Notes: generated by a model not told the origin, from the sequence alone. A stretch of DNA of 64,000 bases from Bigelowiella natans CCMP2755 (GCA_000320545.1 ADNK01000981.1:62001-126000); one strand, 5' to 3'; numbered from the stretch's first letter, positions 38,750 through 53,094 are shown. Made by a program: numbers and translations.

Positions 38750-38870
38750 TATCAGTTAAATGTGATAAGCTCGGTGACGCTTCCCGGTCCTTCTTCTTCT
38801 TCGTCTTCTTCTCGTTCTTCCTCGAATGATGATGATGATGATGATGGTGATGGTGATAAATCATCACCAC

Positions 38871-38902
<32 letters not shown>

Positions 38903-39055
38903 CGGGGGTGGCAAAATGGGCATGCTATCCCAAACGTCTTCGCCATAGGAGATATCTCGTAAGATCTATTAGCACCAGTATTCTTGTTATTAGTAGTAGC
39001 AGATAGATAGATATTTGGATAATAAATAGCGAGTACCAGTCGTAGTATCTCAAAT

Positions 39056-39096
<41 letters not shown>

Positions 39097-39338
39097 CTAC
39101 TACTACATTATTGTAGAAGAAACCCCATGGAAGGAATGAAGACTGCGTAATATCAATATCAACAAACATGCATATACATGCATACATACATACATACATA
39201 CTAAACAAATTACCTATATCAGATAACAAAATTAATAATGGCAATTTTCATAATAATATAAATTGATTTCACTTTTTCAGCTGCTTCCTTTCCATGTAAG
39301 TGCATAAGAAATGTCCAACACAAGTTTGGTTTTTTACC

Positions 39339-39371
<33 letters not shown>

Positions 39372-39455
39372 AGCGATGACAATCACGATATTACAGATAT
39401 ACGGCTGATATAGATGGTGCATACGTTGCGAAAGCTATTCTACAGGTGGTTTTTG

Positions 39456-39489
<34 letters not shown>

Positions 39490-39986
39490 ATAGAACCCGA
39501 CGACGATCAATCAATAATGCTCATTCGATGACAACACAAAACAAAAGCCACAACGAACGTTGAAAAGGAAAAGACTTCTGACTCTTTATCATCCTCCTCC
39601 TCCTCCTTCCTCTTCCCTCTCCCTTCCTCTCCTCTGTCTGTTATATGGCTAACCGCCTACGCCTTGTTGAAGGACTTATACAGCAGCAGCAGCAGCACCT
39701 CTTTAGATCCAACAACAACAACATCAACGACAACTAAATCAATAATTGGAGATTATCCTTCGCCTATCACAGGTGGTGATTTTAAGTAAGAACTTTACCT
39801 ACTACCGCTGCTATTATTTGTCTGTGTATTTGTAGTTGTAATAGTAGTATATATATGATCATCCTGTATAGTATTAAAGAAAGCAACCACACAGCAAACA
39901 GTTGTTCACATGATGATCTTTAAAACCACCACCACCACCATCGCTACTAATACTCCTCATCATCCTCCTCCTCCTACCACTTACTG

Positions 39987-40020
<34 letters not shown>

Positions 40021-40989
40021 AAGGGGTGGGTTCTCTGCCAAGGCTCTCTGCTGTTTCCTTAGGTATTATTATTACAAAAATTTAATGTCATTTTGATCAT
40101 ATTCGCACATATATGGGATGATCGTGATAATTACCATGAGCGCCTTTATCATCATCATCATCATCATCATTATCATCATTGTGTTCCCCGTCATCATAAC
40201 CATTTCTCATCAACAAAGGATTTCGTGACGGTGTCCTTGTATTTAACGATTGGATCTTGACAGGTAGTAGTAGTAGTAGTAGTAGTTGTTGTTGTTGTCG
40301 TTATCGAAGAAGAAGAGAAGAAGAAGAAGAAGAAGAAGAAGATCTCAAAGTACACAAGTTGGACAAAATATTCTGCGAAGAAACATTGCTTCTAGATGAT
40401 GGTGATAATTATGGCGATAAGAATGATACACATATATATAAGATTGACACTGGTAGGAATGATAGTCTCATTTGTCAAATGGAGCGTTAAGGTGCTGAAA
40501 GTAGCTCAAATGAACGGTGGGATCCATCATCATCATCGTCATCATCATCATCGTCCACATACATAATATTTATAATTATAATTATAATAATGATGACAAT
40601 AAAAACAACAGCCTAGTGGTGTGATATGACAACTATCTCTAAAGTAGATGATGATGCTATTGATGTTTTGACATGTTGTGCGTGTCTTCATCGTGTGTGC
40701 ATGCATTTACCTGCTTGTTTATGGATTTATGAACTCAGGAAATAGCTTAGCGGACTTTACTTGGAATGCTGCAGAATCTCTTACCTTTATCCTTCATAGG
40801 ATAGATATCTGGAGGGAAAATATGGTAGTGGTGGTGGTGGTAGTGATGGGGGTATACGTGCTGTTATGGTTACTACATAGTAACATGTTATTTAAAATAA
40901 TCAAACTCTGAACACAAATAATGTCTACATATTTCTACATTCGTCATTACGTACTTATATTACTACATATCGTACGTATTTTTGTGCGG

Positions 40990-41026
<37 letters not shown>

Positions 41027-41147
41027 CCACTCGCGTGTTGTCGATATATGTACGCTTGCACCCGTATTATTATTAATCTGGTAGATCATGAGATTATTCA
41101 ACGTCGTTTTATCATCATCCATCGATTACCACAGGTTTTCATTGTGA
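35480..41147 (+). CDS. AIFM2/FSP1(AMID)-like FAD/NAD(P)H-dependent oxidoreductase (pyr_redox_2) with a long N-terminal targeting-like leader
   Basis: Motifs in order: KNIVVLGGSFGG, ITLIERKDFFEYTPSILR, IPYDYCIIATG, EIVIVGG-GIVGVELAADI, VFAIGDIS, YTADIDGAYVAKAI, AVSLGFRDGVLVFNDWILTG. The 3' exons and the stop at 41147 are less certain. Confidence 0.85.
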
Positions 41148-41379
41148 GAGAAGCACTTAAAGGAATACGTACCATAGTACATACTATTACGAGAAAGAAA
41201 GCTGCTTCTTCACACTTGCCCCCAGCAACATCACCAAGAGGATAGGAGGCGGAACTACGTGATGAATAATGACCACGCTATTTTACGTTTTCATGCGAAC
41301 AACATGTATAATAGTGTCAATGATACTATATGATATACATCATCGCTTCATATTGGAGAAGTTGTTCGTAGGACGCTAC

Positions 41380-42000
41380 AGCTACTATCTAGCTATCTTC
41401 ATTGATCAGATGATGCCGCATGATCGAACATTGATGATAAGACAGCAGTACACACTAGCACATCACAATGTCTCGTTGTTATCTGCATGTATGATGCGTT
41501 GGTCTGCTGCATTTTGATCGCAACCCAGTTGTGATGCTGTTGCTGCTCTCTAGCTGCTAGCCTAGCTAATGTGCACAGAGTATCGTACGACAGAAGCAGC
41601 GGTGTCGGAACGGTTGCGCACTGTGGACAGCACAATAACGGCACGCCCATTTTATTCTAGTTATTATTTGTTGCCTGACACTCTGTGCAATCACATCGAT
41701 CAGGCTAGCTAGCTAGCATGCAGGCGTCGTCATTGTGCACATCTAGTGTCTAGTTATTAGCATGTGCGGAGCGCTTATTGCAAGTCGAGTAGCGACACAT
41801 CTAAACAATGAGCGCTGCAGCTGTGCGTGTGCAGTGTTGTTTGCCCAAGCGTGCTACATCATGATGAGCTTAGGGCATCTCTCACCCACTTCTATTTTCG
41901 ATTCTAGTTGTTTCAAACAAGTGAACCATCTATTTGTATATCGTTCCCACCAGCTTTCTTTAACAAAGCGTGTGTATATCTAGACATCTGTTGTGACAGA
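41380..42000. other. CTAG/CATG/TGCA palindrome-rich island 4 (convergent spacer)
   Basis: (CTAG)3 at 41705-41716 followed by CATGC, with many CTAG/TGCA/GTGCAC/TGCGCA. Lies between the stop at ~41147 (+) and the stop at 42606 (-). Confidence 0.8.
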
Positions 42001-42605
42001 GGATGTACGCTCTTACATTTGGGCGACAATTACAATAAAGCCGAAAATGTAAATTTAAAGAGCACTCATTCACACATCTGCTGCATCACTGTGCAGTGAT
42101 GGCTTTTTATCTGATGTTCTGAGAGGATTGTTCGAATAGTGATGTAATGACACATCACAGTGGTTGTGGGACATTGATCATTATGTTAGACCAACATCAT
42201 GGTCTGCATCAACTATGCGTAGAGCCAAACAGCTCAAATGTTGCCTCATCTTACAGCAATCCCACATCATCTCAGTGTAATACTTGCGAGCAATTTCAAG
42301 TGAGTTCACACCTAAGATGATAATGTTGGGTAGTAGAAACTATGTATTATTATATATTGACAATATACTACTCAGGAACCACATCAGACATCATACTGTG
42401 TGTTCATATCTAGCCTTATCATTCAATGCTATCATCACCATCATCATCATCATCATCGTCGTCATCACTACATTATTCAACAACATCATCAACAACAACA
42501 ATAACAACCTTTAAGAAGTCTAAACATCATCATGGACTTTATATTGCCTCCTCCTCCTCCTCCTTGCCCCCCTTTTACAAACAGATAATACCACAACCAA
42601 ACTAC

Positions 42606-43714
42606 TCAAACAACACTACCAATGAAAGATATAAGACATCTGATTAGACGCACCCGTCGTAACACTCTTCTTCTTGTTCTTTTTGTCTGGTGTTGCCCCA
42701 TCTTAGTATTCTGAGAATCTTTTACCCTATAACTATTACTACAGCCTCTAGTATCGTTGACTTCCTCCAAAAATGCCGTCACTTTTTCCTCATACTCTGC
42801 AGCAAAATCTCTCCACGCTTCCAAAAATAGCCTTAACTTCACCACGGATCCTTCCATGAATATTAGTTAGTTAGTGAGTGTGTGTGTGTGTGTGGGCATG
42901 TACATGATAAACATAGGCGATAGTGCAATAATTGTGCAAACAAAATGGTCAACATCGACGATGTAGTATGTATGACAATTAGCTACTACAGTAACACACT
43001 ACCATGGAGAGATGATGATGATGATGATGATGATTGCATCAAATAGTGTACTTTGTGCTCAGTCATCAATCCCGCTGATTAATTAGTGATGATGATAATG
43101 ATGATGATGATGAAAATGGTGATAGCGAAGAATGACGTGTTGCTCGAGTAAAATTGTACAACAATTGCGCAACAATCTTCTTCTTACCAGTGCTACTAGT
43201 AGAGTGGGTGCTGCCCCCCCAGTGATGATGATGATGATGATGATAATGACGATGGTCGATTGAGGGAGGAAGATGCTTTATGTGAGGTGATAATGGTGGT
43301 AATAATGCTGCCATAATTGACGATATGATCTCCCTGATGATGTGGTGTACAACACTCAGCATAGAAATAATTATATTCACACATAATCTAGAACAAATTA
43401 ACATCTACTACCGCTTAACATCAGGGAGACATATCGCACTATCATTGCAGCACCAAATATATACTCCTCCTCTAGCATCACCATCATCATCATCATCATC
43501 ATCATTTTGCTCAAGTATTCTCTATATACACATATTACTCTTCTACGAAGGATAGAAAGAAATGAGTAGTAGTAGTAGCAGTAGTAGTGGTAATGACCAT
43601 AAGATATGTAGAGAATCTGCAAATATCGTAATATGAAAAGCGGTCATTGATTTATGCACCCGAACCTACGTAATAACAACAACAACAACAATTACACGAC
43701 AATGATACCCAATC

Positions 43715-43747
<33 letters not shown>

Positions 43748-46645
43748 GTATGTTAGTGGTTGGATATGCAATTCCGCGTATATAACAGCATATATATGCT
43801 CAGTGACGACGACACACAAATACACACCCATACACAACGTGTCATTGCTACTACTATACTGATACTGCGACTAAGACAACGATGATGATGATGATTATGA
43901 TCATTATCACCACCTGCAGGAAGGTGTGGCCAATATCTGTTGGCTTTCTCCACCATGAAGTTGTAGTAGTAGCAGTAGCAGCAGCAGTATTACGATCATC
44001 ATGATGGTGATGATGATGATGACGAGGAGGAGGAGAAGGTTGATGACGGCTTTTCACCTCCCCCCCTGCCCCCTTCTCCTTGTCGCCGTCCTTTTTATCA
44101 TCATCGTTATCTATGATGGACCTGCTCATGTTACCCATCATCTGCATCACCATCTTGCTTACATCCTTTCCCCAATTGGGTGATGCTGTTGTTGTCTTCT
44201 TTGCCGTCGTCATGATCGAGGATGATGATGAGGATGATGATGAGGAGGAGGAAGAGGAGGAGGAAGAGGAGGAGGAAGAGGGGGATAATGATGGCAGCAG
44301 TATTCCATCAAGCTCTTCCCCTCCCACATTTCTCATCGCTTTTGTTTAAATCAAAGCACAAAGAAACAACAGTAATATCACATGTTAACAATAACGCTAC
44401 TACTGCTACTACTCTACTACTACTACTACTACTACGTTTACTTCATAGAAAGTGCATACTAACCAAATGGAGCTGTCTTGAGGACAGAGATTATCCTCTC
44501 GTAGAGGCCCTTGTTTGGCCGTAGTAGTAAATCACGAGAATACCGATTCACTTTTATCCATTCTATTGACCCACCAGCAGCACCTTGATTGTGTATGTAT
44601 ACAAATAAATTATACCGTTGATGTGTTGTTGTGATAACGATGTACATGCATCATATGCTACCATAACTGCTGCCCTATAAGACCCTTCCCCCCCCCTCTT
44701 AGTATTATTACCTCTATGTCCAACAGAATCAAAGAATGATGATGAGGAGGAGGAGGAGGATGAAGATTCCTGATTATATCGTCGTTTTCGTTTGCTCGTC
44801 CCTCCATACAGCAACCCATCAAATGGTTGTTGTTGTTGTTGGTGGTGGTGGTGGTGGTGGTGCTGCTGCTGCTCTTGTTCCATGGTCTTACTGCTAGCAT
44901 CGTAGCATCTGATGTCAGCAGCACCATCATGACGACTATGATGATGATGATGGGGATTAGGTTGTAGACGACTAGAATAGTGACTTCTTAGAGGAGGAGT
45001 AGGAGCAGGATATATCGGTCCTGGGGAAGGAAAAATTGGTATTTTTATATCGTACGGTGAGGAGAGGAGCGATGTTGATGATGATGATGATGAAGCTACT
45101 CCTCCATGTTCTCCTATTTCTTCTCTACATGATGAGAATCTCAGTGCTAGCGACAGAGGCACAGAAAAGGTAGCCCCACTACTACTATCAAGCTGCTGGT
45201 TTCCATCGATTGAAGAACAAGAAGGACCCTCTGCAAGTCGTAACTGCGACAATCGAAATGACAGCTGTAGTTCTGCATAAGCACGGTGGTATAAATGAGG
45301 GCATATATCAGCCTTTGCTTCGATCGCTACACGACGACTCTGAGTGCGACTCTTCTTCTTCTTCATAGTTAAACCACATCTTCCATGTAGAGTTCCCCAC
45401 ACTCTGGGGGTGATATTGATAAGTGTCCTTCTCCTCCTCCCACTGCTGCTGCTATTGTTCTTAGCAATGAGAATCAATCTAATTGTGTCGCGATCACTGT
45501 CGCACCATGCAAATACCCTTTCTATCACACAGTCACTACACGAATGTATGCTGCTACTGCTACTGCGTTTTGATGATGATGATGATGATGATGATGAGCA
45601 TGTACGCCACCATGGCTCAATAAGTCCCTTTGTCCATTGGTATGTACTACCATCAAGAGGGGGGGGGGGGTAAGCAGTATTAGATCGTAGCCATCGATTA
45701 GGAGGAGGAGGAGGAGGGGTTCTTCTATTACGGGAAAGAATAATGTTATCGTTGGATCCTCCTCCTCCTCTTCCTCCTCTTCCTCCTCCTCCTCCTCCTC
45801 CTCCTTGTGTTCTGTCTTGCTTCCGATCATCGACATCATTATTATTAAGAGACAACTTAATAATATCTCTCTTTTCCTCCTCCTCCTCCTCCTCTTTGCT
45901 ATCCCTCCCCCTCTTGGTGGCAATATGAAGTGCTGAATCATCATCAGCAGCATCAGATGACAAACCGATAAGCGGGACGAAGAGTGAAGAAGAAGAAGGA
46001 TAAGAGGGTGATCGTGGTGATAATGAGGAGAAGAGAGAAACATGATCATGATTCTTCCTCTTGTAGTCGTCGTCGTAGTAGCTTTCATCTTCTTCGATGA
46101 TTCGTTTCAACATCATCTTTGCATGATGTACGAGTCTTGTCTTGTTTTTTGCCTTGTCTTCTAGGTGATTCAATAGGCTCCAACTATGAGCAATTTGGCG
46201 TTGTAGAGATGAATATACAGCAAGATAACTTGGAGAGTGAAGGTGGCCTTGCTTGATAATATTATCACTATAATGACGACTATTTTGACGACGACTTATA
46301 GCAAGAGCAGCTTCTGGTAAATCTTTGAGCGATTTTATGAATATCAAGGGATAACCCTTGTTCTTTTCTTTGCTGCTCTTTCTGCCGCTGTTACTGCCCC
46401 AATAGGAAATGTTGTTTTCGGTAGTAGTAGTAGTAGTAGTTGTTGTTGTTGTTGTAGTAGTTGTTGTTGAGGCTGCTATGGTTGGAGGGGATAGATCCGC
46501 CATGGTCTAATGGTGATTGAAAGTAGATGATGATGAATAAGTTCCATTATCGGTAAGCTACATGATATATTACTGCTGAAAGCACACTTATCACCATACC
46601 CATTATCTCTCTTCTTCTTCTGTCTTCTTCTTTATGTTGTTGTAC

Positions 46646-46677
<32 letters not shown>

Positions 46678-46780
46678 CTGCATTACAACCCCCAGTAACC
46701 CTCTCTCTTCAGGGCAAAAATTGCTGCATATAGGCGGAGCAGCCACGAGTCCCGCAAAAGAAGCGATCATTACCAAACAA

Positions 46781-46829
<49 letters not shown>

Positions 46830-48708
46830 AAATCAGCTTATTCTCCATCATCCCTTTTGAAGAAGAAGAAGAAGCAGCAGCAGCAGCACCCACATAATGA
46901 TGATGATCGTGATCATGAGAACGGTATGAGAATATGTATACGTTCATTTCTTCCATAGCATTTTCACCAACCTCTCCTCCTCCCCCTCCTCCTCCATCAC
47001 AACTACCATCACCATCACCATCACTAGCAGCAATGGTAGAGTTCTTTTCTTCTCTTCCCTGTTCCCCAATTGTTGTTGTTGTTGTTGTGACAACAAGGAG
47101 GGGATGGATGCTCTGATATCCCCATACCTGTGCATTATTATTGTAGTAGTAACATATGATGGTGATACGAGGAGGAGGCACATCGAAACAACATACAACA
47201 CAGTAGTAGAACAACATCATAGCACTTACATAGTAGTACTACCGTGAGGGCTACGGGAGACCCCTTCAAACCAGATGTACGTTTAGGAATAACCCGACTG
47301 ATCTTCCCATCTCGAAATTCAAGAATTCGGCCATCGTCGCAGCAGGCAAGAAAATGAGTTGGGGGGGGTAGAGGAAGTGATGGCTCTCCGTTGCCTATAT
47401 TTAAGGAGAATGGAGGGATCCATGCACAGGTTATCGACGGAAAATAATGCTCTGGAATGGCTCCAACCCCCCCCCCTTCTACTCCTCTTGCGAGTAGGGT
47501 AATCTTTGCTGCTTGATTAAGACCGCATATGAGGTGCAGAATCTCGGTAGTAGGACAGTCGTCGTAGTCAGCCCTAACCCCCCCCCTTCTCCTTCTTCGC
47601 GCACAGGCAATCAACATCGACATTCCTCCTCCTTCTCCTCCTTGTTCATCTGGGCAAAAGCACGCGTGGAGGGGCTTTGTGATCAGTGTTGCAGTAGTAG
47701 TACTACCAGTGCTCCCCTTGAGATCGAGGTAGGTTACACAAAATTCCTGATGATGACGAGAATAAGGAAGGAGAATAACATAAGATACATAGGAATGAAT
47801 ATACAGGATTGGCAGTGACAGAGAGGGTGAGGAACAGATAGTGATAATAACAACCAAGAAGAACGGGGTAAACACTGATCCGAGAACATCCATGATTTCT
47901 GGTAAAAGATATCATAAATTACCTGTGTTTCGGGGCAAACGCGGCCACAATACACTCTTTGCGACACTACTACTAGTCGATTGTCATTGTTGCTATTGGA
48001 TCTGGTATTCAATTCACCATCCCTGCGGCGCTTCTTCCAGTTACTACTGTTCATCTGGCTCATTGACAACGATGACGACACACCATCATCAGCTGCAGCA
48101 GTAGCTGCTTCTTCGATGATACGTGGAGCGGTAATGATCCAAATGGCAGGTCCGTCTGTAATGAAACACTTTGGCCACTCCTTTGCTCTACTACTACTAC
48201 TACAAGAAGAATAAGAAGAAGAAACAGAGAGTGGCGTTGATGAACCAAGGGAGTAGCTGGGAAGCCCAAATATAGTGAGTATCTCTCCTCCTCCTCCTCC
48301 TGCATCACTGTCTGCCTCATTCTTCTCTTTATCTCTAGCTAATGAAGAGAGATTTGAGGAGTAGTAGAAATGTTCTGCAATAGCACACGTGTTTCGCTGA
48401 GCGTCGAATAAGCAAGCGAAGATGGAATATTGTCCATCAGAGAAACTACTTAAGGAAGCCTTTCCCTCTATAAAGCTAAAACCGGTCAGTTCTCGGAAAA
48501 CAGTGCGTGAAATCTGCTTGGAGAACCCGCCGCAGCCTTCTCCTCCTCCCCCTTCTTCTTCTTGGTAGCTGAAGCGAGAGATCGTCGGTGGTGCCGAACC
48601 GTCACTATGTAGGACGCATAGGTTTCCCAGCCCATCAGGTATGGTAATTGTAGGAGAACCATGCCGAACTACTGCACGAGGAGGAGGAGCACCACTGCTG
48701 GGTTCCAT
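42606..48708 (-). CDS. Fanconi anemia core-complex FANCB-like protein (beta-propeller, helix, Ig-like), heavily interrupted by homopolymeric tracts
   Basis: The motif order resembles FANCB: FITDGPAIW; IPEHYFPSITCAWI; FLACCDDGRILEFRDGK...GSPVAL; long helix LAVYSSLQRQIAHSWSLLNHLEDKAKNKTRLVHHAKMML; FVPLIG; VIERVFAWCDSD..IRLILIAKN. Long ORFs at 47734-48708, 47138-47893, 44563-46503 and 42606-42857. Confidence 0.55.
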
Positions 48709-48824
48709 TATTCCGTAGAAGCCCCGTCAGACACAAACACGACCGGCAGCAGCTGCAGCTCTGAGGATGATGATGATCATTGCACACACACACACACGCG
48801 CGCGCGCGCACGCACGAACACACA

Positions 48825-48855
<31 letters not shown>

Positions 48856-49827
48856 TCACACACAGGAGAATTCAGCAGCTTTTTTACACAATACTCTCTG
48901 TGAATGCAATCGACCTTCATCTTAGATACTGCGACAAGAATGCGGCTATGTCTTTAAATAAAAACGTCATTTTTTGTACTTAAATGGACTATCCGAATGC
49001 TTGGTTGGAAAAGAGATGGTTACCACCCAGGGATATGAAATTAAGACAGCAAAATAATGTTGTCGTTTTCCATAAAAATCTGCTGAGCTACTTGAGCTTT
49101 TTGAGATGATACTGTCATCTCAAACTGTCAATGAATATTGCAACGGTACTGAAAAATAAGAATATTATTTTGATACGACATACTAAATTATTATCTCGAT
49201 TGTAAATAGTATGGGTTTTTATACAATTATGTCAAGATTAAGCTATACTGTGATCTGACGAAGGAGAGGGTGTCACTCAAGGTAAAAGTGACCTTTCACT
49301 TCGGATAATCGCTCGTAAATTTATTAAAGACAAAGAAAAATATAGAAATTTAGCTCTACAACAATGGGATTTTCTACAAAGTATACATCTTTTTACTTGT
49401 TGAAAGTGTGGGTTATGCTGAATAATTCAACGATCACGAACGAAGACGCCAAGGATGGAGACGGATGATGAGCCCTTCTCGCCTCAGCCCACCTCCACGG
49501 TATATCCAATCTAAAATACGTCAATTTCCCACATCCGTACTCAGAAAAATCGTGAAGAAAGGGTGGAGAAGCATGGATCGTAGAACGAAAGAGGGGGGGA
49601 AACAGATGCTCTTTGTTCGTGCTCGTGGTGGTTGTGCTCGTTTCTCACTTTTCAATACGCAACCTTGAATATTTCTGTTGTAGCGTACCATTGAGAATGA
49701 AACTAGCTTATTTTATATAATATGATACGAAGATACATTAAACATATAAACTAGATCCTTTGCAACCCAAGTCTTTCCGGTGATAGGTTTTTTCTAACGA
49801 TTGTCAATTAATCTTTAGGAGAGAGAG

Positions 49828-50567
49828 ATGAACTCAAAGTTCGTTGATGCCCTTGATGCCAAATCCTCTCAAATGAAAGCTTCTACATATGCGACGAAGA
49901 GTAATAACTTCAATAGTAGTCCGAGTTTTCGACGGACAATGAAAAGGAAGCCATCATCTGCTGCACCATCGCCTACTACTATCACTTCTACTACAACCGG
50001 TAGAGAATCCAAAGGATCTTCTGGGATGGAAACAGGCGACGTCGGGTTAAGAACAGAGACTGACCAACCCAAGGTAAAGAGGAGAAGGAGGAGGAGGAGG
50101 AGAAACAGCATTTTTGCAATGCGTGTTTGGCCGAATTTGCAGCCAGAGCCTGAGAGAAAAAATTACCCACCGTAGCAGCGCCCATCATCCATATACTACT
50201 ATAAATTAACATCTACCAATATGACCCCGCAGAAGCAGGCGCGCAGACGATGGGAAGACAATAATGAACCCTCTTCTCTTTTCTCGGATACAAAAAACAC
50301 TTCGACTTCATCAGAAAAAGAAGGAAATGAAGGGGCTAGTTGGGAGAAGAGAGGTACTTGAGAAGAGGAATAGTCTTAACTAGATATTAGAAAACACACA
50401 TACGCTGTGTATATATTACCTTAACACCAATGTGGATTTGGATATATGTGGGTGATTGAGTATGTTTGATGATGGTGGTTTAAGGCTTTGTGAGAGTTAG
50501 GGAGGGAGGGTCGCAATGAAATGATGAATACTCTCTCTCTCTCTCTCTCACACACACATACATACAC

Positions 50568-50625
<58 letters not shown>

Positions 50626-51912
50626 CACTCTATATTTAATGAAGGAGTTCGATTAGCAGTTAACGTCATGTATGTATTACAGGCGAAGAGAATGATTCAC
50701 TCAATGATCTGCTGCAAACTTTCGCAAAAATGGTCAAGACAACACCTACAACGCACATAGTGGGAAGAGAACTGGAGGGAAGGGGCACCATTAATTGATT
50801 ATATATACATATATATTCATAAATATTTCTATATTATTGTTTTATTTATTTGATTTGTGTGTGCGTGTGCGTGTGCGTGTGTGTGTGTGTGTGCTTGTCC
50901 ACAGGCGATTCCCAAGAGCGATCATGAATATTGTCCTTTGTGCTTTAAACAATTTAAAATCGGTAGTATGAACTAACTAGTAAACAAAAGACTTGACAGC
51001 TTAAGTCGCACAAATCAATCACTACCTACGTTACATTGATGATTTGCCTAAATTACGAAGAAGAAAAAGATGAAGAGGAGCGCCCAGTTAATGCATACCA
51101 AAATATTAATAGAAAACTAAATTGTTTTGTTTTTATTACAGGAGAAGAATTTTCAAATCACGTGCACAAATGTCTAGACAAAATGGAAACGAACCTGAAG
51201 CAGCGTGATGATGGTTTAGGTGTCAGTATGTTTAATGATGATGATGATGACACCAAAAACGCTGCTGCTAGATCCTCCTCGGACGATTTAGATTGCTTTC
51301 CCGGTGGGGATTGTCCAAACGGTGTCAAATGTACAATAACAACTGCGGAGCATTTTCGGTTTTGCCGGCACCCAAAGGTATAAGTGATGTTATGTGAATG
51401 ATAATGATGATGGTGATGATGATGATGATTTCTGCAGTGGTAGTATCGATAGAAAAACTGACGCCTCTCCTATAATACATGCACGTGTGTTTGCGTGTGT
51501 TATTATGATGCCATATGATGATCATGTGGGTGTGAGGTGCTGTGTTGTCTCATTATCGGCAAAGAAACAGTGTAAATTGTATATGTGTTTAAATATGTAT
51601 GTATAAAATATTTAGTGCGTGTGTGCGTGTGTGTGTGTGTGTTGCGTTGTAACATCAGCTCCTTTATTATCAATATGTTGAGATTATTAAATAATTTCAA
51701 TAATTCCTAATGCTATTTACTGACGTCTGCTACTGGTACTGGTGCTTACATAGGTCGAATGTCCCATATGCTGCGAAAAGTGGCACATGCACGAAATCAA
51801 CGCACATGTCACCTTTTGTCTCAATAAAGGAGGAGGAGGAGAAGGGTAATTTGATCTACTTTTTAGTAAGAAGATAACAATGCTGAGCTATGTAGTAGTA
51901 TCAATCACACAC

Positions 51913-51949
<37 letters not shown>

Positions 51950-52137
51950 GCGCAGGGATTCTGAGGTGGAAATGAAGAAAGCATCTACAGAGAGTAGTAG
52001 TAGTAGTAATAATAGAAGCAGCAGTGACGTACAGCAGCCTCCCCGTCTTCCATCGATGTCAACGCAACAAATGGCAGCCTGTGCAAAAGCTATTCTCGAT
52101 GCTAAGGTGGTGGTGGTGCGTACTTAGGTTTAGTAAT

Positions 52138-52174
<37 letters not shown>

Positions 52175-52406
52175 AAGTGACACAATTAATCATCATCATG
52201 TCGTCATCTGTCTGTATGGTAGATGGATGGAAGGCTGACAGTGTAGTATCTGCAATTATTGTGGTGTTGATCTGTATGTCTTCTTTATCATTATTATTTA
52301 TTTTTTTTTATCATTCTTTTTCCCCATCCAGGAGAAAGAAGGAGGAGGCGACGACTCATTAGTCAATATGCTGCAGCGCTTCAAAACCCTAGGTTAGCAA
52401 TGATGT

Positions 52407-52437
<31 letters not shown>

Positions 52438-52720
52438 TGCACTTCTGCTGCCACCACCGTGTGGGCATGATAAATAAAATATGTGCGTCGTCGTAGGTTT
52501 TACACGAGAGAATTTAAAGAACAGACTAAAGGAAATTAATGATAGCGACGACGTCTCTGCCTCCTCCTCTTCCCAATTCTCTACTGAAAGAAGAGCGCAG
52601 CAGCAGCAGCAGCAGCAGCAGGGTGGTGCTGCTCTTGCTCCTTCTCCTGCTGTTTCTACGTCGTTTGCCCTGAAACCGCCCTCCTTTACTTTCAACGCAA
52701 ATTCCTTCTCAGATGATCAG
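49828..52720 (+). CDS. UBZ-PBZ-UBZ zinc-finger protein (ubiquitin and poly-ADP-ribose binding); no catalytic domain seen; last exon uncertain
   Basis: Spliced exons give YCPLCFKQFKIGEEFSNHVHKCLD (UBZ), CPNGVKCTITTAEHFRFCRHP (PBZ, C-x5-C-x6-H-x5-H) and VECPICCEKWHMHEINAHVTFCL (UBZ4). The tail is MAACAKAILDAKEKEGGGDDSLVNMLQRFKTLGFTRENLKNRL. Confidence 0.75.
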
Positions 52721-52738
52721 GTATATAATATACATTGC

Positions 52739-52786
<48 letters not shown>

Positions 52787-53094
52787 AGTAGTAGTAGTAG
52801 TAGTGGTAGGAGTAGTAGTTATGCGTTGTAATGAGAGCTATTATTCCATGGATGATAAGTGAAAAATACGTAGTTGAATGAACGAAGGGAGAAGGTAGAA
52901 GCTAGATTGTATTGTTTTTAGTCCCAATCACATACTTCTGACGCTTGCTGCTATTTCATCAATAATCTTGTTAATCTGATAATAAAAGGGAATGAAGAAA
53001 GAAGAGAAGAAGGGAACAAACTAATAACAGCACACATAACAATTAGAAGAATATATAGCAGGTTGGCCAACACACGAAGACAGACAAACAGAGA

